Shown in pieces: positions 48,991 through 58,131 of a DNA stretch of 64,000 bases. The position numbers were made by a program, and so were the translations under genes. This DNA is from an uncultured delta proteobacterium (GTDB lineage Bacteria > Bdellovibrionota > FAC87 > UBA2466). The notes under the pieces were generated by a model. That model did no database searches and was not told the DNA's origin. It saw only the letters and a list, made by a program, of their open reading frames with translations. Every line of letters begins with the position of its first letter. Position 1 is the stretch's first letter. Location: positions 2,816,001 through 2,880,000 of the forward strand of contig CAVZSV010000004.1 in the NCBI GenBank assembly GCA_963778115.1. The letters are read 5' to 3'.

Positions 48991-50009
48991 TCCAGGCTAT
49001 CGATAACGGACTGTCCTGAGGTTCCAGGCAAACGTGGCATAGTCTGTTCGATAAAATCTCCCTCTAGAGTCTTCATGAATTCCACGATGTCGGCCACCTG
49101 CTGGTCAGTGAGATCAATATTGAGTTGTGTCTTTCCCATGACCCGAACGGCTTCGGGCAAAGTGGTCACAGAACCATTATGGAAATAGGGGGCCGTTAGC
49201 GTGATATTTCTCCAGGTTTGTATTCGGAAGTTATGCTCCCCGTCTCCACTATCATCAGTAAGTTTATACTTGGCGATGTAATCATTATCGGTGAAGGTCG
49301 GGAAGAGTTCTAGCCCTCCGGAAGCGTTAAAGTTCGCACCACTATGACATTGAATACAACCAACGCTCTTAGCGGTATTCATCCCTTGAATGGCTTGTGC
49401 TGAAATAGCAGATGCGTCTCCGTTAACATAACGATCGTAAGGACTGTTGGGAGTCAGCAAGGTTCGCTCATAGGATGCTATCGCTTTTGCGACGTCATCG
49501 ATAGTAATCGTACTGTCGTTAGGGAACACGCTTTTAAACTCCGTAACGTAACCGGGAATCTGAGCGAGACGAGCCACCACGGCATCGTTGCTATCCATTC
49601 CCATCTCTTTGGGATTGGTCAAAGGGCCCATGGCCTGAGCTTCCAGTGAATTCGCCCGTCCATCCCAAAATTGTACTTTATTGAAAGCTGCATTGAAGAC
49701 AGTAGGGGCGGAACGGACTCCTTTTTGTCCACTGATTCCCACTGAGACGGCTCGATTATCGGTGCCTCCCCCCATGACGGTATGACAGGAATTACAGGAT
49801 ACGGTTCCGTCTTTCGAAAGCCGTGCGTCGAAAAAAAGTTCCTTCCCCAAATGGATTTTCGCATCGGTTTGGGGATTGTCTGTGGGTATGGGGGGTGTTA
49901 CGGGAAGGGCAGGCCAGGGAGGTGCCGCTCCTTTCGCGGAGTACGAAGACAGTAGAACTCCCCCGATAAAAACTAAAATGAACTTTGGAAATGCAATTTG
50001 TTTAACCAT
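48987..50009 (-). CDS. Di-haem cytochrome c peroxidase
   Basis: LG..LFFD.RLS, CNSCH, QFWDGRA, NP.EM, CIQCH, TAPYFHNG; GGGGAG SD before 50009. Confidence 0.92.
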   Translation of the reverse strand: MVKQIAFPKFILVFIGGVLLSSYSAKGAAPPWPALPVTPPIPTDNPQTDAKIHLGKELFFDARLSKDGTVSCNSCHTVMGGGTDNRAVSVGISGQKGVRSAPTVFNAAFNKVQFWDGRANSLEAQAMGPLTNPKEMGMDSNDAVVARLAQIPGYVTEFKSVFPNDSTITIDDVAKAIASYERTLLTPNSPYDRYVNGDASAISAQAIQGMNTAKSVGCIQCHSGANFNASGGLELFPTFTDNDYIAKYKLTDDSGDGEHNFRIQTWRNITLTAPYFHNGSVTTLPEAVRVMGKTQLNIDLTDQQVADIVEFMKTLEGDFIEQTMPRLPGTSGQSVIDSLD

Positions 50010-50327
50010 GAAATCTCCCCTTGCACCCATCATGCTCGACACTGGGCGCAAGGCACAACGCAAGAATTGATTACTCTCAAGTTAAGTCCAAATTACCGAT
50101 CACGGATTCTGGGAGGTAGCTGCGCTTAACGGAGCATCAACTAAAACTATTCTGGCCTGGTGCAACGTGCGTCTTTAGGATGAAAGCACATAGAGGACCA
50201 GAAATTGACTTATCGACGCGCCAATCAGATAAAAGGCTCTGAGTTAGATGGCTTTGGGCTTAAGCACTCCAGATGTCGTGGAAGCTTCTCACTCAATGGG
50301 TTTTGCGGCAGACGTGGGGATCGTAGT

Positions 50328-51296
50328 TTGACAGACCAAAACGAAATTGCGGAACTTGAGGATGAGATCGGCGAGATCGGCCAGATCGACCAGCTCGGCC
50401 AAATTGCTCAATTGCGAAAACTTTGGATCTTAGACTTAGTTGTTCGTCACGGAGGTTTTCAAAAAGCGGCGTTGCAAGCCAAAGTGACTCGTTCGGCGAT
50501 CTCTCAGTCGATTTCTCAGCTTGAGAAAGTTCATGGCAAATCTCTTATTATCAGAGAACGCGGGGGAGTTAAGGCAACGCAATATTGTCTTGATGTTTTG
50601 GCTAAAGCGAAGCCGATTTTAGATTCTTTGGCGACATTGGAACCAACGCATCAAAAAATTCCAAAAATGGCGTGGATCGATTTGGGGGCTTTCGAAACCC
50701 TAGCTATCGCTATCATGCCGCAACTTCTTAGAGTCCTCGAAGAGAAATGCCCGGGGATCAAAGTAACGGTGAAGGTAGGAAGAAGTGGAAAACTAGCGAC
50801 GATGGTTCGCAAAGGCGAGCTTTGTAGTGCTTTTGTCATCGAAAACGATCTTTTGAATGGGTTGACCGTTATCCCTGTTGCCGAAGACCGACTCGGACTT
50901 TTTGTATCGGCCACACTTCCCAAAACTTTCCATTCCCTTGAAGGGATTGCAGGACTTCCTTTGGGCGCAATGTCTCCAGGTCCCGACGGCCAGCCTCTGT
51001 ACCTTACCAAATTTACGAAAGCGCTTAATCTTACCAAAAAAGTTTCTTTTTCCAGCGACAGTGTCGAAGCGCTTTTCGCGGCGGCTCGACACGGCTCGAT
51101 TGCTGCTATCTTACCTGCAAGAGTCGCGCAAAGAGAGTCGGCCGATCTCCTCGAGATAACACCTCCAGAGATGATAAAAAAGAGATTGGGACTTCATAAG
51201 ATTTGTCTGATAAGCCAGAAGAACTGCGATCCTGAAGAGAATGATTTTCTGGCAAGAGAGATCGGCCTTCTATTGAATCTCGATGGAGATAACTAA
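50328..51296 (+). CDS. LysR-family transcriptional regulator
   Basis: GGFQKAA...VTRSAISQSISQLE HTH plus substrate-binding domain; TTG start with GGGGA SD preferred. Confidence 0.88.
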   Translation: MTDQNEIAELEDEIGEIGQIDQLGQIAQLRKLWILDLVVRHGGFQKAALQAKVTRSAISQSISQLEKVHGKSLIIRERGGVKATQYCLDVLAKAKPILDSLATLEPTHQKIPKMAWIDLGAFETLAIAIMPQLLRVLEEKCPGIKVTVKVGRSGKLATMVRKGELCSAFVIENDLLNGLTVIPVAEDRLGLFVSATLPKTFHSLEGIAGLPLGAMSPGPDGQPLYLTKFTKALNLTKKVSFSSDSVEALFAAARHGSIAAILPARVAQRESADLLEITPPEMIKKRLGLHKICLISQKNCDPEENDFLAREIGLLLNLDGDN

Positions 51297-51337
51297 GCTC
51301 CTCGCAATGACTTACGTGTCACTGCGAGGAGCGAAGC
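51297..51337. repeat. REP-like inverted repeat between convergent genes
   Basis: GCTCCTCGCAATGAC-6nt-GTCACTGCGAGGAGC. Confidence 0.65.
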
Positions 51338-51348
51338 CGCTTAGCCGC

Positions 51349-52419
51349 CTAGTTTGCGAGAATCGCTACTACGGGGCAGTTGATTAAAATACCGGTGGAA
51401 CCGAAAGCGGCGCCTCCGGGGCCAGTGATAAGACCCTGAGTCACGTCCTGCAATACGTCGGTGGCACTGATGAGAAGTTTTACAGAACCTGCTTTTGCCG
51501 CTTGATCGGTCCAGGCTCCTAGATACAGCTCCCACAGAGGACTGTATCCGGCACTGGTCGAAGGAAGGCCATCCAAGATATTAAGAGCAGAGCCATCTCC
51601 GTTTAGCGCACTATCAAAGCCCTGACGTTGCGGATTATTCTTGCCGATCTGACCATTGGCTAGAGCGTAGATGTTGAGGCTCGAGCCGCTATTCAACAAG
51701 TCATTGAAAGCTGGGACATAGGTGGACGATTCCATTGTGGCCGCAAGTTCCACATTCGCGTCAAAGCTCACATATACAACGGGCTTGGAAGCCGCAAATC
51801 CATGACTTAGCGCCAAAGTCACCTGTTTGGTCTGGGGGCAGATCTTGACCACTTTGTCGTGGACCACGTTGTGGTCGACATTACCTTCACAGAAGGAGAT
51901 CCCGTCGGCATCGACGTTAAAGGCCAGAATAGGAGCGTTATAGATCGTGTTATTCTGGTTAGTCACTTTAACGTAGGGACTGTAGTCGGCGTCCCCGACC
52001 GATCCAGGCAATGCCGTTGTCGGAGGAAAGAGATCGGGAGCGGCACCGGGAACAATATTTCGCACAGGAGTAAAATCTACCGTCCCTGCATCAAAAGTAA
52101 ACTGCCCCTGGGCATCCACCGTTGCGGTGCGAGTGCTTTTGGCGGAAGCGGCGTAGGTCAAATCCGGGGCATAAACAATTCCCTGTTTTGAAGCCTGATC
52201 TTGATCGTCCGTATCGGTCAGGACAAACCACACTTTCCTTCCGTCCTTTAGCGCCCCCTGTTGAAGAGGAAGGGTAATGGTGTCGCTCATTAAATCGATA
52301 ATGCCCGAGGGCATTAGATTCACCGAGATGGTGCTATTTTTCGGGCCAGACGCACCCCATAATTGGGCGGCGCACAGTAAGCCCGTTCCTACGAGATAAG
52401 TGACGAATCCATTTTTCAT
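51349..52419 (-). CDS. Exported hypothetical protein (YSP/YSPLW, NCPV motif family)
   Basis: AGGAGG SD; signal peptide; GSVGDADYSP, GYSPLW, INCPVV. Confidence 0.75.
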   Translation of the reverse strand: MKNGFVTYLVGTGLLCAAQLWGASGPKNSTISVNLMPSGIIDLMSDTITLPLQQGALKDGRKVWFVLTDTDDQDQASKQGIVYAPDLTYAASAKSTRTATVDAQGQFTFDAGTVDFTPVRNIVPGAAPDLFPPTTALPGSVGDADYSPYVKVTNQNNTIYNAPILAFNVDADGISFCEGNVDHNVVHDKVVKICPQTKQVTLALSHGFAASKPVVYVSFDANVELAATMESSTYVPAFNDLLNSGSSLNIYALANGQIGKNNPQRQGFDSALNGDGSALNILDGLPSTSAGYSPLWELYLGAWTDQAAKAGSVKLLISATDVLQDVTQGLITGPGGAAFGSTGILINCPVVAILAN

Positions 52420-52494
52420 AAAAAGACCTCCTAAGGGACTCAAAAGTGAGAACCCTTACTATTCACAGTAAGGAGGTCTGCGGGGGAAAGACAC

Positions 52495-52532
52495 GTAAGT
52501 GTGTCTTACTGGCTCGGTTAGAAGCGCTTACC
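52495..52532. promoter_or_regulatory. Tandem LysR-type T-N11-A boxes
   Basis: GTAAGTGTGTCTTAC and GGTTAGAAGCGCTTACC, 22 bp apart. Confidence 0.55.
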
Positions 52533-52560
52533 CAGAGAGAGTTACGAGGGTCTCCTTAGC

Positions 52561-52601
52561 AAAAAAAAGGGCAACCGACTGCATAGCGTCGATTGCCCTT
52601 T
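52561..52601 (-). terminator. Intrinsic terminator
   Basis: AAAGGGCAA...TTGCCCTTT stem with an 8-U tail on the minus strand. Confidence 0.85.
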
Positions 52602-52617
52602 CAGAGTGCCGATGAAA

Positions 52618-53172
52618 CTATTTAGCGAGCTTTACGCTTCTCGCGGTTCCGTAAGGTTGCGGCGAGAAGTTGGCATCAGGGTCTGACTCTTCCAACATAA
52701 TTCCGGCCTGTTTTTCGTAAGAGGTCCAGCCTGACTCCTTGTCGTACTCCTTAACGGTGACATAGAAGCCGTAATTCTCTTCTCCCGAGGGAACATCGAA
52801 TCGGAGAATGGCTTGGCTCTTGTGGGTCTTATAATTTTTCTTGGTGTAAAAACGCGCCCCGGGGCCGCCTTTTTTTTCGGAGAGATAGACACACACCGAT
52901 TTTCTGCCTTTCTTTGCAGTCTCCACGGGATCTTCTAACTTGAGAGTAGGAACCTTCACCGCCGTTAGACTTTCGATATATTGGCGAGCCTTCTCCATTT
53001 CGCCATCCTCTTTGTCGGCTTCTGACATTACCGTTTCCAGTTGATCCGCGGTAATGATCTTAAATTTGCTGAAGTCCGCTTTCACGGTATCGGGACAGTT
53101 TTTAGTAACGACGGCCGAAGCTGTCTTTCCCAACGCCATCGTCAAAATTAGTGATACCAAAATCCACTTCAT
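52618..53172 (-). CDS. Exported hypothetical protein
   Basis: GGAGG SD, signal peptide ...TASA, two Cys. Confidence 0.75.
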   Translation of the reverse strand: MKWILVSLILTMALGKTASAVVTKNCPDTVKADFSKFKIITADQLETVMSEADKEDGEMEKARQYIESLTAVKVPTLKLEDPVETAKKGRKSVCVYLSEKKGGPGARFYTKKNYKTHKSQAILRFDVPSGEENYGFYVTVKEYDKESGWTSYEKQAGIMLEESDPDANFSPQPYGTARSVKLAK

Positions 53173-53647
53173 AATCTAACCTCCATGAGCGTTTAATGGC
53201 TTAACCAGTAGGCTTTTTGGGATATTAACGTCAAATTATTTTGGGATGGATGCGAGTGAATACTATTCTGGGACAATAAATCCCTGACAAAAAATAGTGT
53301 TGACGCGTTGTGGTCTCTTACGTGTAAGGTGAAATTAATCTTGCGGATCTTCATGGGTAGGGTTGCCCCTGAGGTGCTTGCCTGCTTGCTAAATAGAGGC
53401 GAATAAGGGTGTTGGGGGACTTCCTTAAAGACATCATTACATCGTAGCAGTTACATTTTTATCTATGTCGTTTTTTAGACACTGAGATCTAGCAGGATAA
53501 AACAAATGGGGTCGGGAGAGTCATTCGCAAGAATAGCTAGGGGAGTGGTGTACCTTCTGGGGAGAAGGCTCGCCGATTTCTCAAGTCTACTTCCCTTCCT
53601 CATTGTTTAAGCATTGGTAACGAAACTGCAACATGAGGGATGAGTAA

Positions 53648-54538
53648 ATGACTCCAAATTTTGGTTCGGCCTTTCGAGAGAGACTGGCGACGGGGCGGGT
53701 GCTTCCTCTGATAGGCGTCTATGATGCCTTTTCTGCGAAATTAGCAGCACAACGCTTCGAAGGGGTCTTTTGTAGTGGTTTTAGTTTTGCGGCGAGTAAT
53801 TATGGACTTCCCGATGTGGGATATGTGAATTGGCGGGACATCTCCGATTTTGCGCTACGAGTGAGACAGATTCTCCCCTCTAGCCATCTTCTCGTCGATA
53901 TAGACGATGGTTTTGGGGATCAAACCATTGCTGCTACCGTAGTTGAAAATTTGGAAAGCATAGGAACGTCGGCCGTGATGTTCGAAGATCAAAAACGGCC
54001 TCGCCGTTGTGGTCATTATGAAGGCAAAGAGATTCTTCCGGTGGAAGAGTACTTAGTTAAACTTCGAGCGGTCTTAGACGCTAGAGAAACTCTGTGTGTG
54101 ATTGCACGAACGGATGCGACCGTTCCCGCGGAGGCGTTGGCCCGCGCTGAAGCGTATGCTGACGCCGGAGCTGATGGTGTCATGGTCGAAGCGGTTAAAG
54201 ATCTCAATCTCATTTCAAAACTCGCTAAGACGGTAAATATCCCTATCATGCTAAATCAGCTTCACGGCGGGAAATCTCCGAACTGGACGCTTCAAGAACT
54301 TCAGGATGCCGGAGTGGGAATTGTGATCTATAGCACGCCTTGTCTGTTTAGTGCTCAACGAGCGATGGAACTATACCTGGAAGAGTTGTACCGCACTCAA
54401 CGATTGCCCGAAGAAAATACGGCCACCATTAGCGATTGTAACCGGGTTCTTTTTAAAAGAGAGCCCAAACCCAGATATGCATTTCTACCTGAGGAGAAGA
54501 GCACTCAGGCCGATACATGGACTGCCGCTGGTGACTGA
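53648..54538 (+). CDS. Isocitrate lyase/PEP mutase superfamily enzyme
   Basis: YDAFSA, GLPD.G, DIDDGFG, EDQ..PRRCGH, ARTD. Confidence 0.9.
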   Translation: MTPNFGSAFRERLATGRVLPLIGVYDAFSAKLAAQRFEGVFCSGFSFAASNYGLPDVGYVNWRDISDFALRVRQILPSSHLLVDIDDGFGDQTIAATVVENLESIGTSAVMFEDQKRPRRCGHYEGKEILPVEEYLVKLRAVLDARETLCVIARTDATVPAEALARAEAYADAGADGVMVEAVKDLNLISKLAKTVNIPIMLNQLHGGKSPNWTLQELQDAGVGIVIYSTPCLFSAQRAMELYLEELYRTQRLPEENTATISDCNRVLFKREPKPRYAFLPEEKSTQADTWTAAGD

Positions 54539-54554
54539 AGACTGGGGAGGGACT

Positions 54555-55226
54555 ATGGCGAGAGTTTTGTTTTTTGCGCTAACGGTGTTGTGTCTAGGAG
54601 TCAATTCGCTCAGTGCGGAAACTTCTCCACCCCTCGGTTCCCCAGGGGCTGACCAACCCGGCCAATTAGGCCAATCGGATAGACAAGCTGTCTTCCAGCT
54701 TTACGGCTTGCCGTTAGGGGCTCGAATTTTTCTCATGGATACGGAATATACCGAAAGGCTCTCCCCTTATATTTCCAATGGGGCTTTAGGTATCAATACC
54801 TATCCCATCATGGACGATAAGCAGCGCCGCACGGTGATCCGGGTGGAAACGCCGGCCGCGGACGGCCGCTACAGTAGCTGGAAGAGCACCATCACTTACA
54901 GTGCGGGTTCCAGAACGGTGCTTAATGTTTACAACGCTTCGCCGCTGCCGGCCGATAACGTGGGACATCTAAGAGTCATCGTTACGCTAGACACCATCAT
55001 TTATATCAATGGAAAACAGACGCTAGAGGAAGGTGAGGTTAGGGACTTCTCGACTCCTCCTCTGAGCGACGGCAGACCGTTCGTTGCTAAAGTGAAGTTC
55101 GATTTTCGAAATAAAACGGGTCGGAGAATTATTCGAACGAAAGAGTTTCAAATTCGTCCGGGAGAAACCGTCAATCTATACAACATTGAGAAGCTTTCTG
55201 ATGAGATTGGTCCGGAGGGGAACTAG
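54555..55226 (+). CDS. Exported protein with TIGR03000-like C-terminal domain
   Basis: GGGAGG SD before ATG 54555; IYINGKQT...G.VRDFSTPPL..G......K....PGETV.L. Confidence 0.65.
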   Translation: MARVLFFALTVLCLGVNSLSAETSPPLGSPGADQPGQLGQSDRQAVFQLYGLPLGARIFLMDTEYTERLSPYISNGALGINTYPIMDDKQRRTVIRVETPAADGRYSSWKSTITYSAGSRTVLNVYNASPLPADNVGHLRVIVTLDTIIYINGKQTLEEGEVRDFSTPPLSDGRPFVAKVKFDFRNKTGRRIIRTKEFQIRPGETVNLYNIEKLSDEIGPEGN

Positions 55227-55254
55227 TTTTCGATAGCTGGGGTTTGGGGGGGAA

Positions 55255-56967
55255 GTGAAAATTCGGCAAATAAAGCGGGGAACTCTCCTTGCTATCATTC
55301 TTTTCTGGGGTGGGATCGGTGCGCTAGCCAATGCGATCTCTTACCCACCATCGCTTCAGGGCAGTGAATTGCTGAAGGTGATAGGCGCCAATGGGGGCTC
55401 TTTGCCCGCCACTTTGGAAGAGATGCACAGCCTCGTAGATGCGACGGGAAAGCTTACCGAAACGATTATCCCTTTTTCCGATAGCCCTCTTTTTACAAGT
55501 CTCTATGAACCGAGATTGGTTATCTCGAACTCTCCTAAATTTTACTATGCTCCTATCGCTCGTCTTGATGGCTCGACGGATATGGAGTTTCTCTCCTGGA
55601 ACAATGCCCATAGGGAGTTCGATTTCGGGCGGGTAATAAACTTTGGAAAACCTAACGTGTCCATAGAGGCGGCAAACGTCAACGAATGCATGGCCTGCCA
55701 TCGCAATCGCGGCCCACTTTTTTCCGATCGCCCCTGGCTCAATGTTAATGGAGCCAATGCTCCCATCGGGACCTTCATTAGCTTTGCGCTGCTTCAAACA
55801 TTGATCGAAAGAGACCCAGCCCATTACCAACGCTATGAGCCCCTATTGGAGTTGAAGTCTTTGGCGTACGATCCCGCCTTCGGCAATTTGGCGCCTGAGC
55901 CTGCTATTCAATTAGGTGCCATTCTTTATCACGGCACTCCGGTGTTTCAGCTCCGTGGTTCGTTCGATCTCGACGCCAATACACGACGAGGACATTATCT
56001 GGCCTATACCCACCAGATTCTCAACGCTTTGGCGGATTACTCGAAGATAGGGTTCGTTAGAGGCCTTACTGAAGGCGCATTATCGGGAATTGTGTATCCG
56101 GAATATATCAACCAGCTCTTTTCCTGGAATGAATATTTAGAGACTTGGGTGAAGAACCACTCGGAACTCAAAGGGCTGCCGGCTGAGAACTCACCGGTAT
56201 TAGAAAATTTTCAACCCCTTTTTGATAATCCCGACCTTTTGCAAAAGGCTGCCATTTCCGACGAGGATGTCCAGCTAGATCCGGTGAGCGCTTTAGTAAA
56301 GTTGGGCAAGTACGTGCAAAAGAATCAGGTTAAGGCTTTTCCGGTGGAAAAGCTCCCTTCCTCGGGAAAGACGTTCATCAAACTCAAGCCGAATCATAAC
56401 GGGGGAGCCGATACCGCATTGTGGTTGCTCACCGACTTCACCAAAAAGGATGGTACCGGGGTCAGGAAACAGCTGCGGGCAAAGAAATACCAACTGGAAT
56501 TTGTCTTTCGATCCCCCATGTGGGAAAGACTGTGGGCGAAGGCCGAGTTCCCCACTCGAAGTGCGATGCTGGATGCCATTGCAAGCAGCATCGGTGTTTC
56601 GGTGTCTGATATCACGGGAGATTCCGGTGATCCCAAGATTCCGGAACAGCCGAAACCCAGAAAGTCGACACCACTACCGATTAGCGAGGCTGAAGTATCG
56701 GGCCACTCTTGTATTGTCTGTCACCGCAGCGGCCCCCAAGGAGTTGCGCGAGCCTTTCCCTTCGATCCGGCAAAACTTTCGGCATGGCAAGCCTACCTGA
56801 ACGACCCCGATACCCATGCGCTGGCACAGGATTGGGTCAATGGTGCTTATGAAAGACTTTCGCAAGGATTAATGCCGCCTCCGGAGAGTGCCCAGGGACA
56901 AAACTTCTCGATTAAGGCAGGCGAATGGCCTGCGATCTATCAATTTCTAAAGCAGAATGCGAAGTAG
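55255..56967 (+). CDS. Exported di-haem c-type cytochrome of unknown function
   Basis: Signal peptide, CMACH and CIVCH, C-terminal MPP. Confidence 0.75.
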   Translation: MKIRQIKRGTLLAIILFWGGIGALANAISYPPSLQGSELLKVIGANGGSLPATLEEMHSLVDATGKLTETIIPFSDSPLFTSLYEPRLVISNSPKFYYAPIARLDGSTDMEFLSWNNAHREFDFGRVINFGKPNVSIEAANVNECMACHRNRGPLFSDRPWLNVNGANAPIGTFISFALLQTLIERDPAHYQRYEPLLELKSLAYDPAFGNLAPEPAIQLGAILYHGTPVFQLRGSFDLDANTRRGHYLAYTHQILNALADYSKIGFVRGLTEGALSGIVYPEYINQLFSWNEYLETWVKNHSELKGLPAENSPVLENFQPLFDNPDLLQKAAISDEDVQLDPVSALVKLGKYVQKNQVKAFPVEKLPSSGKTFIKLKPNHNGGADTALWLLTDFTKKDGTGVRKQLRAKKYQLEFVFRSPMWERLWAKAEFPTRSAMLDAIASSIGVSVSDITGDSGDPKIPEQPKPRKSTPLPISEAEVSGHSCIVCHRSGPQGVARAFPFDPAKLSAWQAYLNDPDTHALAQDWVNGAYERLSQGLMPPPESAQGQNFSIKAGEWPAIYQFLKQNAK

Positions 56968-57081
56968 GAGGGATTGCCGCGGCTTCGCCTCGCAGCAGGC
57001 TCCGCAATCTCATTGCAGCAGGATGAGCATCTTAAATTTAAAGTGATCCCCTTATAGCAACTATGCTATCAGAGAATCCTC

Positions 57082-57747
57082 ATGAGACTACTTCTGCTTT
57101 GGCTTTGCCTCATGGCCTGTTCATCGGCAATGGGGTGCGCGCTCTCTATTCTCCCTTGGGGAAATCGTTTGGGGTTGGCCATTGCATCCGCTCGTCCCGA
57201 CCTTACTCTTTTACCTCCCTATTTCTCCGCCGCCGAAATAGCGCACATAGGGGTGAGCTTCCTAAGCAGTGACGCTGAAAGAGAGCTCTATCGAGTGACG
57301 TTTTCCCCGGATGGCTCGGCAACCTATCAGGGTGACGTCATGCCCGATGGCGTTTATATGTTCGTGTTAGGTCCGAACGGCGGCTTTTTTGCGCGCTCCG
57401 AACGAACGTCCAAAACCGATCCCTTTCATCATGCCACTTTCTTTGCCAATCAACCGATCGCAGGGGCAGGAATTATGATCATCGCCGGCGGAAGGGGACA
57501 TTTGGCAGTGGTGACCAACGATGCTGGATGTTACCGAGGAGACGAGCTTTCGCTGAAACAGGTAATACGGGAAATGCGTGTTTCGATGTCTATTGAGAAC
57601 TTACGGGTAACCTGTCTATGGAGAACTGGGGAGTTTCGATTGGATTATCCGGAACCCATTAAAACCTTTGAAATGTCGGCAGTCGATTTTATGAACTGGA
57701 CCCCTCCGCCTCGTCCTTCTCTGTTGCGGCAGCTGTTTCGACAGTAA
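57082..57747 (+). CDS. Exported hypothetical protein with IQM/SGHY-toxin-like motif
   Basis: Signal peptide; HHATFF.NQPI.GAG....G.....TNDAGCY. Confidence 0.55.
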   Translation: MRLLLLWLCLMACSSAMGCALSILPWGNRLGLAIASARPDLTLLPPYFSAAEIAHIGVSFLSSDAERELYRVTFSPDGSATYQGDVMPDGVYMFVLGPNGGFFARSERTSKTDPFHHATFFANQPIAGAGIMIIAGGRGHLAVVTNDAGCYRGDELSLKQVIREMRVSMSIENLRVTCLWRTGEFRLDYPEPIKTFEMSAVDFMNWTPPPRPSLLRQLFRQ

Positions 57748-57750
57748 GTA

Positions 57751-57786
57751 AAAAAATGCCCGCCAGGTTAGCAACGCTGGCGGGCA
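57751..57786 (-). terminator. Intrinsic terminator
   Basis: TGCCCGCCAG...CTGGCGGGCA stem with A-run on the left. Confidence 0.8.
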
Positions 57787-57805
57787 ATCATTACTTTCAC
57801 AAGCC

Positions 57806-58117
57806 TTAGTGAAATGAAATCGGGATAACGAGACTGATTCCGGGAGAAGGAGGAGGCGGAGCCACGACAACGGGAGCTGGAACATATACGGGCACCGGAT
57901 GCAGCCTGCGCTCTTCAGCGATTCGCCTTTCCTCGGCCAATCTTCGTTCCTCTTCGTGTCTTCTCATCTCTTCGACCCTACAATCTTCCCCTCTACGGCC
58001 GCCTTCCCGTCCATATCCGTCGGCTACTGCCGTACGCGTAGCGAAGGCAAGGGAGGAAAGAACAAAGACTCCTAGTAGTATTCCAATGCTATTTCGGAAC
58101 ATAGTTTTAGTCCTCAC
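57806..58117 (-). CDS. Small exported Arg/Glu- and Pro-rich protein
   Basis: Signal peptide; EERR repeats; PVYVPAPVVVAPPPPSPGISLVIP tail. Confidence 0.7.
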   Translation of the reverse strand: MRTKTMFRNSIGILLGVFVLSSLAFATRTAVADGYGREGGRRGEDCRVEEMRRHEEERRLAEERRIAEERRLHPVPVYVPAPVVVAPPPPSPGISLVIPISFH

Positions 58118-58131
58118 AGTTAGTCTCTTAA

